A DNA stretch of 64,000 bases from Acidimicrobiia bacterium (GTDB lineage Bacteria > Actinomycetota > Acidimicrobiia > Spongiisociales > ZC4RG35), in the NCBI GenBank assembly GCA_041747375.1, contig JBGTFH010000078.1:37558-101557 (forward strand), in the 5' to 3' direction. Made by a program: the position numbers and the translations under genes. Position 1 is the first letter of the stretch; every line of letters begins with the position of its first letter. Of the stretch, positions 1-9,409 are shown piece after piece. The notes below the pieces were generated by a model. The model made no database searches. It was not told the origin of the DNA and saw nothing but the letters and a program-made list of their open reading frames with translations.

Positions 1-866
1 AGGTCGAGAAGCTCGAAGCCGAATACCGAATGCTCGGTGCGGAAGTGTTGGGGACTACCGACCTCACAGAGATCTACTCCCGCCTCCGCGACGATCCCGA
101 CCTCCACTTCGACTCCGGCCCCGAAATCGTCGAAAGCTCAGAGATCGCCATGGCGAGAGCGAAGGCAGAAATGGACGACTGGTTCGGGCGCCTCCCCAAG
201 GCAGATTGCGTAGTGGCGGAGACCCCGTCGGGCCCCACCGCTTTCTACTTCCCTCCGGCCGTCGACGGCTCGCTGCCCGGGACTTTCTACGTAAATACAG
301 CCGACCCGACCCGGTGGGGGCATTTTGAGATCGAAGCCATGGCTTATCACGAAGGGATACCGGGGCATCATCTACAGCTCGCCATCGCCCAAGAGCTCGA
401 ATACATCCCCGAGTTCCGCAAGCACGCTCTGATCACCGTGTATGCCGAAGGTTGGGGCCTGTACACCGAACGCCTCGCCGATGAGATGGGGATCTATAGC
501 GGTCCGATGGAAAGAATCGGGATGTTGTCAGCCGACTCGATGCGGGCCGGGCGACTCGTGGTCGATACCGGGATCCACGCCAAGGGGTGGAGCCGCCAAC
601 AGGCTATCGACTATTTCCTCAACAACTCGCCGATGTCTTTGGGGACAATCGAGGACGAGGTCGATCGCTACATCGGGATGCCCGGCCAGGCGCTTGCATA
701 CATGATCGGACGCCTCGAAATCATGCGCATGCGGGCCGAAGCCGAGGCTGCGCTCGGCGAGAGGTTCGACATCAAGGGTTTCCATGACACAGTCTTGAGT
801 AATGGCCTGGTCCCGATGCCCACGCTCGACCGCATGGTCAAAGACTGGGTCGCAGGCGTTGCCTAG
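1..866 (+). CDS. DUF885 family protein, C-terminal part (5' end lies outside the window)
   Basis: The reading frame of ORF 30..866 stays open back to the window edge (codons from nt 3 have no stop). It has the motif AYHEGIPGHHLQ and a DUF885-like C-terminal half. Full-length members of this family are about twice this size. Confidence 0.75.
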   Translation, partial: VEKLEAEYRMLGAEVLGTTDLTEIYSRLRDDPDLHFDSGPEIVESSEIAMARAKAEMDDWFGRLPKADCVVAETPSGPTAFYFPPAVDGSLPGTFYVNTADPTRWGHFEIEAMAYHEGIPGHHLQLAIAQELEYIPEFRKHALITVYAEGWGLYTERLADEMGIYSGPMERIGMLSADSMRAGRLVVDTGIHAKGWSRQQAIDYFLNNSPMSLGTIEDEVDRYIGMPGQALAYMIGRLEIMRMRAEAEAALGERFDIKGFHDTVLSNGLVPMPTLDRMVKDWVAGVA

Positions 867-876
867 GAGACCTCGC

Positions 877-1323
877 TCAGCGAGCCTTGCCCTCGCTGAG
901 CAATGCGACAGACCTGGCGACCCGCCTAGCGCGAGTGTCCTCAGTTTTCGCTCCTTCGATTTGCTCCGCGTGCCATCTCTGATTGCTGTAGGACATGGAT
1001 TCCCAGAAGGCTTTTGCATTTGGGTTCTGAGTTAACGCTTCGGCCAGGTCGGGCGGGACCTCGATAGTTCGGGGGGCTGTGTCGAGTTCGATATCGACTT
1101 CGAGCACATCTCCACCGGCGATGCCGCCCGCCTCGCGCCTTTCTTTGCTCACGCCGAGCAGGAACTGGCCATCCATCCGGGCGATCGATGATCGGTAGGT
1201 GAATCCATTGACCGTGACAGTGACCTTGGGCTTCTTTCCGCCACCCAGCTCTTCGACAAACGCCTCGGGAATCTCAAATCCGGTGTTGTTCCCGAACACC
1301 AGCAATTCGGTCGTTAGTTTCAT
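877..1323 (-). CDS. DUF1905 / YdeI-OmpD-associated family protein
   Basis: 148 aa. The N-terminal part (FEIPEAFVEELGGGKKPKVTVTVNGFTYRSSI) matches the DUF1905 pattern. The C-terminal part (FWESMSYSNQRWHAEQIEGAKTEDTRARRV) matches the YdeI-like tail. Convergent with the DUF885 gene. Confidence 0.7.
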   Translation of the reverse strand: MKLTTELLVFGNNTGFEIPEAFVEELGGGKKPKVTVTVNGFTYRSSIARMDGQFLLGVSKERREAGGIAGGDVLEVDIELDTAPRTIEVPPDLAEALTQNPNAKAFWESMSYSNQRWHAEQIEGAKTEDTRARRVARSVALLSEGKAR

Positions 1324-1428
1324 GGTTCAATCCTATGCCATGCGTCGCCATCGCAGGCAACGAGTAGATACTCTCATCGGCAATATGCGCAGTGAGATTC
1401 AACCTGCCCGCCAACCAGGACGCCGTTC

Positions 1429-2640
1429 TTGACAGATTTCGGCCGATTCGACGTATGCGTCGTCGGGGCCGGTCTGATCGGTCTCGCCGTAGCCAAATCA
1501 CTCGTTGACTCCCACGATGGAATCTCGATAGCAATCCTCGAAAAAGAAGACCGGGTTGCCGCCCACCAGAGTGGCCATAACAGTGGCGTCGTCCACTCGG
1601 GCCTCTATTACAAACCTGCATCCCTCAAGGCCAGGCTCTGTATCGAGGGAAGAGATGCCGTCCACGCCATGTGCGACGAGGCGGGTATTGCCCATGCTCG
1701 AGTCGGCAAGCTCGTCATTGCCACGGAATCCTCCGAGATTCCCGCACTCGATGAATTGGAGCGCCGCGGGGAGGCCAACGGCCTCGTCGGGATGTCCCGG
1801 ATAGGCAAGGCGGAGATTTCTGAGATCGAGCCCGCCGCCATAGGGATCGCCGCGCTTCATGTCCCCGAGGCGGGCATCGCAGACTTTTCCGGTCTGGCGA
1901 ACCACCTCGCGTCGCTGTTGAAGAAGAGTGGGGTCTCAATCGTGAAGGGTGCCGAGGTAACCGCCATCCGCCAGGACGAGCATGTGACGGCGACCACCAC
2001 AAAAGGTGACTTGGAGGCGCACATTCTGGTGAACTGTGCCGGGCTTTTCTCCGACTCGGTGGCTCGCCTCGCCGGCGTCACCCCCGGGGTTCGAATCGTG
2101 CCGTTTCGAGGGGAGTACTACAAGTTGACCGAGAGCGCCAAACACCTTGTTCGAACCCTCATATACCCCGTGCCCGACGCACGTTTTCCGTTCCTGGGTG
2201 TCCACTTCACTCGCACCGCCGGAGGGGACGTGGAGGTCGGCCCGAATGCCGTCCTGGCCCTTGGCCGGGAGCACTATCGGAACACTCCTGCCGATTGGAA
2301 AGAGCTCAGGTCGATCGTTTCGTACCCCGGTTTCCGGAAACTGGCCGCCAGGCACTTGTTCTCAGGCGGCAGGGAGTTGCTGAACTCCCGGTCCAGGCAT
2401 CTCTATGCAAAACAAGCACGAAAACTAGTGCCCGCCCTGAAGTCTGGCGACCTCATCAAGAGTGGCGCCGGGGTGCGCGCCCAAGCGGTAGACGCCTACG
2501 GAAATCTCGTCGATGACTTCGTCATTGAGACGGCGGGACGGACAATCCACGTTCTCAATGCTCCCTCCCCCGGCGCAACGGCCAGCCTGGCAATCGGAAA
2601 CCATATCGCCGGGAAGGTCGCATCCATTTTGTCGGGGTAG
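1429..2640 (+). CDS. lhgO: L-2-hydroxyglutarate oxidase-like FAD-dependent oxidoreductase
   Basis: 403 aa. N-terminal Rossmann motif FDVCVVGAGLIGLAVA, then HQSGHNSGVVHSGLYY, typical of the LhgO/DAO family. TTG start at 1429. Confidence 0.7.
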   Translation: MTDFGRFDVCVVGAGLIGLAVAKSLVDSHDGISIAILEKEDRVAAHQSGHNSGVVHSGLYYKPASLKARLCIEGRDAVHAMCDEAGIAHARVGKLVIATESSEIPALDELERRGEANGLVGMSRIGKAEISEIEPAAIGIAALHVPEAGIADFSGLANHLASLLKKSGVSIVKGAEVTAIRQDEHVTATTTKGDLEAHILVNCAGLFSDSVARLAGVTPGVRIVPFRGEYYKLTESAKHLVRTLIYPVPDARFPFLGVHFTRTAGGDVEVGPNAVLALGREHYRNTPADWKELRSIVSYPGFRKLAARHLFSGGRELLNSRSRHLYAKQARKLVPALKSGDLIKSGAGVRAQAVDAYGNLVDDFVIETAGRTIHVLNAPSPGATASLAIGNHIAGKVASILSG

Positions 2641-2754
2641 AGCCCAAGGTTGGTAGATCCCGTCGTACAGATGGGCCATGGTGCAAGCAGTCTCCCCACC
2701 ACAGGACGGCAACATCCTGGCGGTCGGGCCCGACCTCGTGGATACCGTCAGATC

Positions 2755-3342
2755 ATGAGTGAGCAGACCCTGGCCCCGAGACGTCGTTTGACATGGTGGC
2801 AACTGGTGTTTCCGGTTTTGGTGCTCATCGTCTTGTTCGGGGTGGTCCTTCCCATGTACATCGACTACGAAGACGTCTGGCAGGAGATCACCGCGTTGGA
2901 CGGCGCCAGCCTTCTTCTGCCGACCCTTCTGGGGATCATCTCGTCGTGGTCCGAAGCCGCTATATACACTTCGTTGATACCCGGGCTGAGTTACCGGATT
3001 GGTTGGAAAGCATTTCTCGGGGGCAACACCGTGGCATTCGCTATTCCTCTTGACAATGCATTCAATCCGATATCTCGGGATGCTGTATCTGTTCAGAGAG
3101 GTCGGTATCACCACCCGTGTCGTCTCGCCAGCGAGTTGTTCGCTGTCTACGCCATCGAAATCATGATGTCGCTGATGCCCGTAGTTCCCGCCGGATTGGG
3201 CGAGGTCGAACTGACCTACGTTTGGCTCCTTGCCCCAGACGACCCGCAGTTGGCCGACCAGATAGCTGCCGCCACATTCACCCACCGAATCTTCTTCTGG
3301 CTGCTTCCGATCGTCATCGGGATCTTTCCTCTGGTCGACTAG
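2755..3342 (+). CDS. flippase-like / lysylphosphatidylglycerol-synthase TM-region (UPF0104-like) membrane protein, short and possibly degraded
   Basis: Hydrophobic ORF with the UPF0104-like elements GGNTVAFAIPL and PAGLGEVELTYVWLL. I take ATG 2755 as the start rather than 2650. At about 195 aa it is shorter than usual for the family. Confidence 0.4.
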   Translation: MSEQTLAPRRRLTWWQLVFPVLVLIVLFGVVLPMYIDYEDVWQEITALDGASLLLPTLLGIISSWSEAAIYTSLIPGLSYRIGWKAFLGGNTVAFAIPLDNAFNPISRDAVSVQRGRYHHPCRLASELFAVYAIEIMMSLMPVVPAGLGEVELTYVWLLAPDDPQLADQIAAATFTHRIFFWLLPIVIGIFPLVD

Positions 3343-3410
3343 ATGAGGCGGGGCGGCGGATCAATGGTCAATGTCGCACAAGCTCCGGACCTAAACCTCA
3401 CATGAAGTGT

Positions 3411-4133
3411 TCATCCGGGTGCCAGCACCAGCCAGGTGAGAACCACTCCATCGAACCAGAAACGACCAATCGGCATCGGGCTATCCACGGGGTACGGCGC
3501 ATCGAACGAATCGGAGAAGTAGCCCAGGAGATGATCTGAGCCAAGTTCGACTCGTGCCATATCGAATCCAAAGAACCGGCCGATTCGAGGATAGTGCGCC
3601 TTGTAGATCGTCTCCTTGGCCGAGAAGATCTCGATGGTCGCCTCCTCACGGGCGCGGCCTTCGAGCCGGGTCAACGCAGCGAGTTCGTTCCCCGACGCGA
3701 TCTCGGTTTCCAGCCCGGGAAAATACCTCCCGATGAGTTCGAGATCGATGCCAATCCCGGCGGCGTCAGAATCCCACGCGACCGCGGCCATTACATGGTT
3801 TCCATCATGGGTGATAGAACCGACAACACCGGGTGGCCAGATGGGCTCGCGGTTCAGGCCCCGGAGGACAGGCCCGGGCTCACATCCGATCTCATCCAAC
3901 GCCAGGTGAGCAGCGTGGCGGCCCAGCCTGAATTCGACCCACCTTTCGGGCGAAGTCTTCACCGGAAGGAGGTGCGCTTCTTCGGGGAATATCTCAAAAT
4001 CCGCGTCGAACGAGCGATCGAGGGCGACCAATGAGACGTTTCCCGGAAGCGATTGCCTGACCTTGGAGAGGTCCAAAATGTGTGGTCTCCTGACTCGGAT
4101 GCCCCTGGTTCCAGAGATCGCCTCATGACGCAA
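3411..4133 (-). CDS. 4'-phosphopantetheinyl transferase (Sfp/EntD type)
   Basis: 240 aa with the PPTase motifs GSITHDG, GIGIDLE and FSAKETIYKA. Divergent from the NRPS gene that starts 46 bp away. Confidence 0.85.
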   Translation of the reverse strand: MRHEAISGTRGIRVRRPHILDLSKVRQSLPGNVSLVALDRSFDADFEIFPEEAHLLPVKTSPERWVEFRLGRHAAHLALDEIGCEPGPVLRGLNREPIWPPGVVGSITHDGNHVMAAVAWDSDAAGIGIDLELIGRYFPGLETEIASGNELAALTRLEGRAREEATIEIFSAKETIYKAHYPRIGRFFGFDMARVELGSDHLLGYFSDSFDAPYPVDSPMPIGRFWFDGVVLTWLVLAPG

Positions 4134-4179
4134 CCGCTACACTAAGAGATGACGGGGGAAACGGGTACCACTGGCGAAA

Positions 4180-7100
4180 TTGGCGGGCTTGGTTGTGACC
4201 GATGAGACGACAACACATCTGATCGAGGGGACAGAAACGCCTCTGTCGGCCTCACAGCGTCGGCTCTGGTTCCTCAGCCAGTACGACGGTGAAGACGCAT
4301 ACGTGATTGCCCGGGCCACCCGATTCAATGGCCCCCTCGACATCGCAGCACTTCGCATGGCGCACCAACTCGTGGCCGACCGCCACGAGATTCTTCGCAC
4401 CTCGTTCGTCAATCGCGATGGCGTCGTTACATCCGTAGTGGAACCTCCCGGTCGTCCCATCGAATTCACCGTCGAAGACATCGTCGATGCGGGACGCGGA
4501 ACCGACTCTGATCGCTCGATCGAAGATTTCCTGCGCGATGCCGTGCGAACTCCGTTCGATCTGACGAAAGGGCCGATATGGAGGATCCGGGTCGGCAGAT
4601 TGGCCGCGGACCACCACGTCGTGGTCACCGCCGTCCACCACGTCGCCGCCGACGGCTGGTCGTTCCCGATACTCCGTGATGAGGTTTCCACCGCCTACCG
4701 TGCAATTGTTGCCCGGACCGAACCAGACCTGGCATCCCTACCGACGCAATATCGTGACCATGCCTTCGGTCAGCCGGCTCCGGCGGAGTCGGTGGAGTAC
4801 TGGGAGCGACGCTTCGGCGACGACCCCGACCCGATTCCGAACCTGGGAGACCGTGCCCGCCCCCATCGCCGATCCCAGAACGGCGGCTGGGCAGAAGTTG
4901 GCCCCCTCCAGGCGACGGGCTCACGCCTTCGTGACGTCGCCACCCGCTGCGGAGGGTCATCGTTCATGGTGGGGCTTGCCATCTTCTCCTCCTTTCTGGC
5001 CCGGATCACGAGGACCGACGAAGTGATCATCGGGATACCCCATGCCGACCGCAGTGACGTTGCCGCCCATGGACTCATCGGCCCATTTGTCAACACACTT
5101 CCTCTGCGGATCGAGACCCCGGCCGGTGGGTCGCTGATCGAGCAGGTCGGAATCGTCCGCACCGAGATGCTGACGGCTCTCGATCACGCCACCGTCCCTT
5201 TCGAAGACATCGTCAGGGCGGCCAAACCACGCCGTGACCCCAGCCACACTCCACTGTTCCAGGTCATGTACCAGTATCACGATGGCGCATTTCGGAGCGG
5301 CTACGACCTTCCCGGGCTCACCGAGAGCAACGTCCCGGTCGACGGGGCTACCAGCAAATTCGACCTCCTGTTGGAACTGAGCGGTATCGACGGAGCGATC
5401 AGCGGCTCCCTCAATTACAGCGCCGACGTCTTCAACGAAGAATCTGCGATGAGCCTCGGGCGAGCCCTCGCCGTGATGTCCGATGCCGCACTCGCTGCCC
5501 CGGACCGGCCGCTGGACCAACTACCAATGCTGGGGCCGTGGGAACAGGGTTGGATCATCCACGAGCTCAACGCAACCCGCCGTGCGTATCCGGGTTCGGC
5601 CCGCCTGTGGGATCTCTTCGACGCAAGTGCTCGGGATCGACAAGACGACGTTGCCGTCGAGGACGGCGAGCGTGCGATCTCCTATGGGGAATTGCGAAAC
5701 ACAGCCCTCGGAATCGCTGGCCGTTTGAGCGAAGCCGGGGTCGGTCCGGGCGAGGCCGTTGGCCTCGAAATGGAACGTTCAGCGACGCTGGTTGCCGCGA
5801 TGCTCGCGGTGGTCCAGGTTGGGGCAGCATATGTCCCGCTCGACCCCTCGTATCCCGAAGTGCGACGGGCACAGATGATCGAACAAGCCGGGCTCAGATA
5901 TGTCATCCGTTCCGGTAGCGGGGAACAAGACCACGTGAATCTGGTATCCACCGGCCGCGGCGGGACGGCCGGCATCGATCCAGATGCGGCCTACATCATG
6001 TTCACCTCCGGCTCGACCGGGAATCCAAAAGCCACGGTGATCCCTCACCGGGCTGTTGCCCGTCTCGTCTGCAACCCGGACTATGTGACTCTCGGCCCCG
6101 GGGATATGATCGCCCACCTCTCCAACACGTCCTTCGACGCCGCCACTTTCGAGGTATGGGGTGCCCTCCTGAATGGAGCGACCCTCAGGGTGATCGACCC
6201 TGCCACCGTCATCGATCCCGGGCGTTTGTTCGCTGCGCTCGGCGGGTTCGGGATCACCACCGTCTTCTTGACCACTGCCCTCTTCAACCTGGTCGCCAGA
6301 CACCAACCCGCAGCCTTTGCCGGTGTCCGCGACGTCCTGTTCGGCGGTGAGCGTTGCAACGTCGATGCCGTCGCCGCCATCCTCGAGGCCGGGCCACCGG
6401 AACGTCTGGTCCATGTTTACGGCCCGACCGAATCAACCACCTTCTCGTCCTGGCACCTGGTCACCGGGGAAGACGCCATCGCCGAGACCATCCCCATAGG
6501 TGCGCCCGTAGCAAATACCACGTTGTATGTGGTCGATCGTGCCGGCGAACCGGTCCCAACCGGTGTCGTCGGCGAGTTGTGGATCGGTGGCGACGGGCTC
6601 GCTCTCGAGTATCTCGACGAGCCCACTCTCACTGCCGAGCGGTTCACGCCCGATCGTTTCGGTGACGATCCGTGGGGCCGGCTCTACCGGACGGGAGACC
6701 TGGTCCGTCGGCGCGGCGATGGCGCGATCGAGTTTGTCGGGCGTAATGACCGTCAGATCAAACTACGGGGGTTCCGCGTCGAGCCGGAGGAGGTCGAACG
6801 TGCCCTCCGCTCGCATCCGGACGTCGCCGATGCGTTGGTGGCTGTCGTTCGGCCCGGCGATGATGCAAGGCTCGCTGCGTGGGTCGTATCCGCCTTTGGA
6901 GCGACGCCCGAGCCCACCGAGCTTATCGATCATCTCAGGGAGATTCTTCCCGCCTACACGGTTCCCGCCTCAGTCGTTGTTATTCCCGAGATACCAATAG
7001 CGCCGAGCGGCAAGGTCGATCTGTCGCTGCTCCCATCGCCGGTTGAGCTGGCATCCAAGTACGACGGCCCGATCGCCGGGTCCACCGCCACCATGATCGA

Positions 7101-8172
7101 GGTATTCGAGAAGGTCCTCGGTGTAGACAAGGTCGGCCCCGCAGACAGCTTCTTCGACCTCGGTGGCCATTCTCTGCTCGCTGTGGAACTGGTTGCCCTT
7201 GCCGAGAACCGAACTGGTCACCGCCTTCCACTTGCGTCGCTATTCGAGGATGCCACCCCGGAGCGGCTAGCACGGCTGATTGAGAACCCGAGGGCCGATG
7301 ACGCCGATGGGCTGGTCACTTTCGTCCATGGTGATGGCGTTCCGGTCTTCCTCTTTCATCATCCCAGCGGGACCGTCCTCGCCTACGAGCCTCTGGCCCG
7401 CCGGATTGGAGGTGGCCGCCCCGTCTATGGCATCCAGGCACGTGGGATCGATGGCAGCGGTCGGCCAGTCGAATCGATCGAGGCTATGGCAGAGGAATAC
7501 GCCAACCGGATAGAAAAGGCCAATCCGGTGGGTAGTTGCGTGCTCGCAGGCCACTCGCTCGGAGGGTTGCTCGCCTGGGAAACGGCCCGCGTCCTCCGCG
7601 GACGTGGCCGACACATCGCGCTGTTGGCGCTATTCGATTCTCGGGTCCCGCATCGGGGATGGGTAGACGTCGACGGTGAGACTCGACAGCTGACTGCACT
7701 CGGGATGATGCAGCGCCGACTGAGGCGATTGGGCGGCGACGCATATTACGGAACGCGTTACACAGCTTTTGCAATTCGTCGCGCCGCCGTCCCACCGGAG
7801 CTCGCCAGGATCCGACAGATCCGCTCATCCTCCCGAGCTTTCGAGGCTTATCGACCGACTCCTCTGGAGGAGCACGTCGTCTTCTTTGCTGCCCGCGGGT
7901 CGGGACGGGGTCGTCCACCGGTGCCCGATGGCAGGCCGAGCGAGCAGGACTGGCAGGAGCTGGCGGAGACGATAGAAGTGGTAAGGGTCCCTGGCACCCA
8001 CACCGGTGACGACTCACTCCTCGCTGAGCCCAATGTCGAAGTGCTGGCAAGAGAGCTGCGAACCCGCATCGAAGACTCGCTGTCGATTTCCGGCAAGTCG
8101 GCGAGGCCCACCGAGACCTCGATCGACGCGCAAGCAGAATTTTCTTCGGAAACGGCACACGAGAACGTGTAG
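4180..8172 (+). CDS. non-ribosomal peptide synthetase, terminating module C-A-T-TE
   Basis: C domain: SASQRRLWFL and HHVAADGWS. A domain: YIMFTSGSTGNPKA, FDAATFE, YGPTEST, YRTGDL, KLRGFRVE. Carrier: FFDLGGHSLLAV. Thioesterase: GHSLGG. The TTG start at 4180 is uncertain by a few codons. Confidence 0.93.
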   Translation: MAGLVVTDETTTHLIEGTETPLSASQRRLWFLSQYDGEDAYVIARATRFNGPLDIAALRMAHQLVADRHEILRTSFVNRDGVVTSVVEPPGRPIEFTVEDIVDAGRGTDSDRSIEDFLRDAVRTPFDLTKGPIWRIRVGRLAADHHVVVTAVHHVAADGWSFPILRDEVSTAYRAIVARTEPDLASLPTQYRDHAFGQPAPAESVEYWERRFGDDPDPIPNLGDRARPHRRSQNGGWAEVGPLQATGSRLRDVATRCGGSSFMVGLAIFSSFLARITRTDEVIIGIPHADRSDVAAHGLIGPFVNTLPLRIETPAGGSLIEQVGIVRTEMLTALDHATVPFEDIVRAAKPRRDPSHTPLFQVMYQYHDGAFRSGYDLPGLTESNVPVDGATSKFDLLLELSGIDGAISGSLNYSADVFNEESAMSLGRALAVMSDAALAAPDRPLDQLPMLGPWEQGWIIHELNATRRAYPGSARLWDLFDASARDRQDDVAVEDGERAISYGELRNTALGIAGRLSEAGVGPGEAVGLEMERSATLVAAMLAVVQVGAAYVPLDPSYPEVRRAQMIEQAGLRYVIRSGSGEQDHVNLVSTGRGGTAGIDPDAAYIMFTSGSTGNPKATVIPHRAVARLVCNPDYVTLGPGDMIAHLSNTSFDAATFEVWGALLNGATLRVIDPATVIDPGRLFAALGGFGITTVFLTTALFNLVARHQPAAFAGVRDVLFGGERCNVDAVAAILEAGPPERLVHVYGPTESTTFSSWHLVTGEDAIAETIPIGAPVANTTLYVVDRAGEPVPTGVVGELWIGGDGLALEYLDEPTLTAERFTPDRFGDDPWGRLYRTGDLVRRRGDGAIEFVGRNDRQIKLRGFRVEPEEVERALRSHPDVADALVAVVRPGDDARLAAWVVSAFGATPEPTELIDHLREILPAYTVPASVVVIPEIPIAPSGKVDLSLLPSPVELASKYDGPIAGSTATMIEVFEKVLGVDKVGPADSFFDLGGHSLLAVELVALAENRTGHRLPLASLFEDATPERLARLIENPRADDADGLVTFVHGDGVPVFLFHHPSGTVLAYEPLARRIGGGRPVYGIQARGIDGSGRPVESIEAMAEEYANRIEKANPVGSCVLAGHSLGGLLAWETARVLRGRGRHIALLALFDSRVPHRGWVDVDGETRQLTALGMMQRRLRRLGGDAYYGTRYTAFAIRRAAVPPELARIRQIRSSSRAFEAYRPTPLEEHVVFFAARGSGRGRPPVPDGRPSEQDWQELAETIEVVRVPGTHTGDDSLLAEPNVEVLARELRTRIEDSLSISGKSARPTETSIDAQAEFSSETAHENV

Positions 8173-8323
8173 AATTCCGTCGGCGGTCTCACAGCTATCT
8201 GGTGTCACCGTCAGAGAGCGGGAAGACCCTGGTCAACCCGTCGAAAACAGGCATAAGCAGGCACGTAAATGTGCCGTGTTTTGGGGCAGGGCGACTCGAT
8301 CGCCCGAATGAGGAGGAACAATA

Positions 8324-9409
8324 ATGAGAGGCAAGATCTTCACCGCTGTGGTAGTTGCCCTGTGTCTCGTCACCGGGGCATGCGGGGCAGGCAACAGCGA
8401 GGAACCCGGGTCGACGACTACCGCGGCGAACGAAACCACAACGACGACACCCGCGACGACCACCACCACCACCACCCCGGCTGAGATGGACCATTTGAAG
8501 GTAATCATCCTGCCCTATATCACCTACGCCCCGTACTACATCGGGATCGAGGAGGGATACTTCGCAGAACAAGGCATCGAGGTCGAAGTGGTCAACATGA
8601 CCGTGACCGAAGAAGTCATGCCGGCCCTCTCCAGTGGTCAGGTCGATGTCGCCTCCGGTCTTGTCAGTGCGGGAATGCTCAACGCAATCGCACGCGGCGC
8701 AGACGTGGAAATTGTGGCCGACAAGGGCTACATCGATCCCGAAGGTTGCGTCAATTTCGCCATCATCGGACGATCGGGACTGGTCGAAGCGGGCGAATTG
8801 GAGACTGCAGACCAACTGGCCGGCAAGACGGTCGGCGTCGTCCCAGCGACATGGCTCGAGTACTACCTGCAGCGGGTACTCGACACCGGTGGCATCGGTC
8901 TCGACGACATCAACGCAGTCAACATCGGGTCACCATCGATGGTCGAGGGCCTGGCTTCCGAACAACTCGACGCGGTAGTCAACTCCGAGCCCTGGATCAC
9001 CATTTTCAAGTCGAAGGGCCACAGCGAGGTGCTGGGAACTGCCCAGGAGCTGACTCCCGACGAGAGCGTCGCGGTGCAGATCTACGGTCCGAATCTCCTC
9101 AACGACAACCGCGACCTCGGTGTTCGCTTCATGGCTGCGTATCTGAAAGCCGTTGAGCAGTACTCCGAGGGCGCCACCGAGCGCAACCTCGACATCGTCG
9201 AAGGTTTCACCGAACTCGAGCGGGGACTTCTCGAGAACATGTGCTGGCCCGGCATCAACCCAACCGGCGAAGTACTCGTCGACGGGGTGCTCGCTTTCCA
9301 GGAGTTCGCAGTGGACCGGGGCTATCTCGATGAGATAGTGCCCGCCGAAGACTTCTACGACAGCTCATTCCTAGAAGAGGCACGCACTTTGATGGCAGGA
9401 TCGGGGTGA
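8324..9409 (+). CDS. ABC transporter substrate-binding lipoprotein, NMT1/THI5 (ThiY / NitT-TauT) type
   Basis: RBS GAGGAGG lies upstream of ATG 8324. Lipobox LVTGAC. A Thr/Pro-rich linker is followed by an NMT1-like fold sequence (ILPYITYAPYYIGIEEGYF...). It is followed by the cognate ATPase and permease. Confidence 0.8.
   Translation: MRGKIFTAVVVALCLVTGACGAGNSEEPGSTTTAANETTTTTPATTTTTTTPAEMDHLKVIILPYITYAPYYIGIEEGYFAEQGIEVEVVNMTVTEEVMPALSSGQVDVASGLVSAGMLNAIARGADVEIVADKGYIDPEGCVNFAIIGRSGLVEAGELETADQLAGKTVGVVPATWLEYYLQRVLDTGGIGLDDINAVNIGSPSMVEGLASEQLDAVVNSEPWITIFKSKGHSEVLGTAQELTPDESVAVQIYGPNLLNDNRDLGVRFMAAYLKAVEQYSEGATERNLDIVEGFTELERGLLENMCWPGINPTGEVLVDGVLAFQEFAVDRGYLDEIVPAEDFYDSSFLEEARTLMAGSG

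Noticed and set aside
2088-2097. A tRNA T-arm-like GGTTCGAATC string.
   Set aside because: It lies in frame inside the LhgO-like CDS. I could not find a surrounding cloverleaf (no acceptor or anticodon stems).
8173-8323. Possible TPP riboswitch upstream of the ThiY/NMT1-like SBP gene (GTCAGAGAG...GACCCTGGTCAACCCGTCG).
   Set aside because: It only loosely resembles the TPP aptamer consensus as I recall it (CUGAGA ... ACCC..UGAACCUGAUC.GG.UAAUGCC.GCG). Invariant positions are mismatched (CAGAGA for CUGAGA, UCAACC for UGAACC), and the UAAUGCC..GCGUAGGGA arm is missing. A cmscan against Rfam would settle it.
8458-8477. The (ACC)n tract in the SBP gene as a phase-variation or contingency locus.
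   Set aside because: The repeat unit is a triplet, so length changes keep the reading frame. The tract simply encodes a poly-Thr linker, which is common in actinobacterial lipoproteins.
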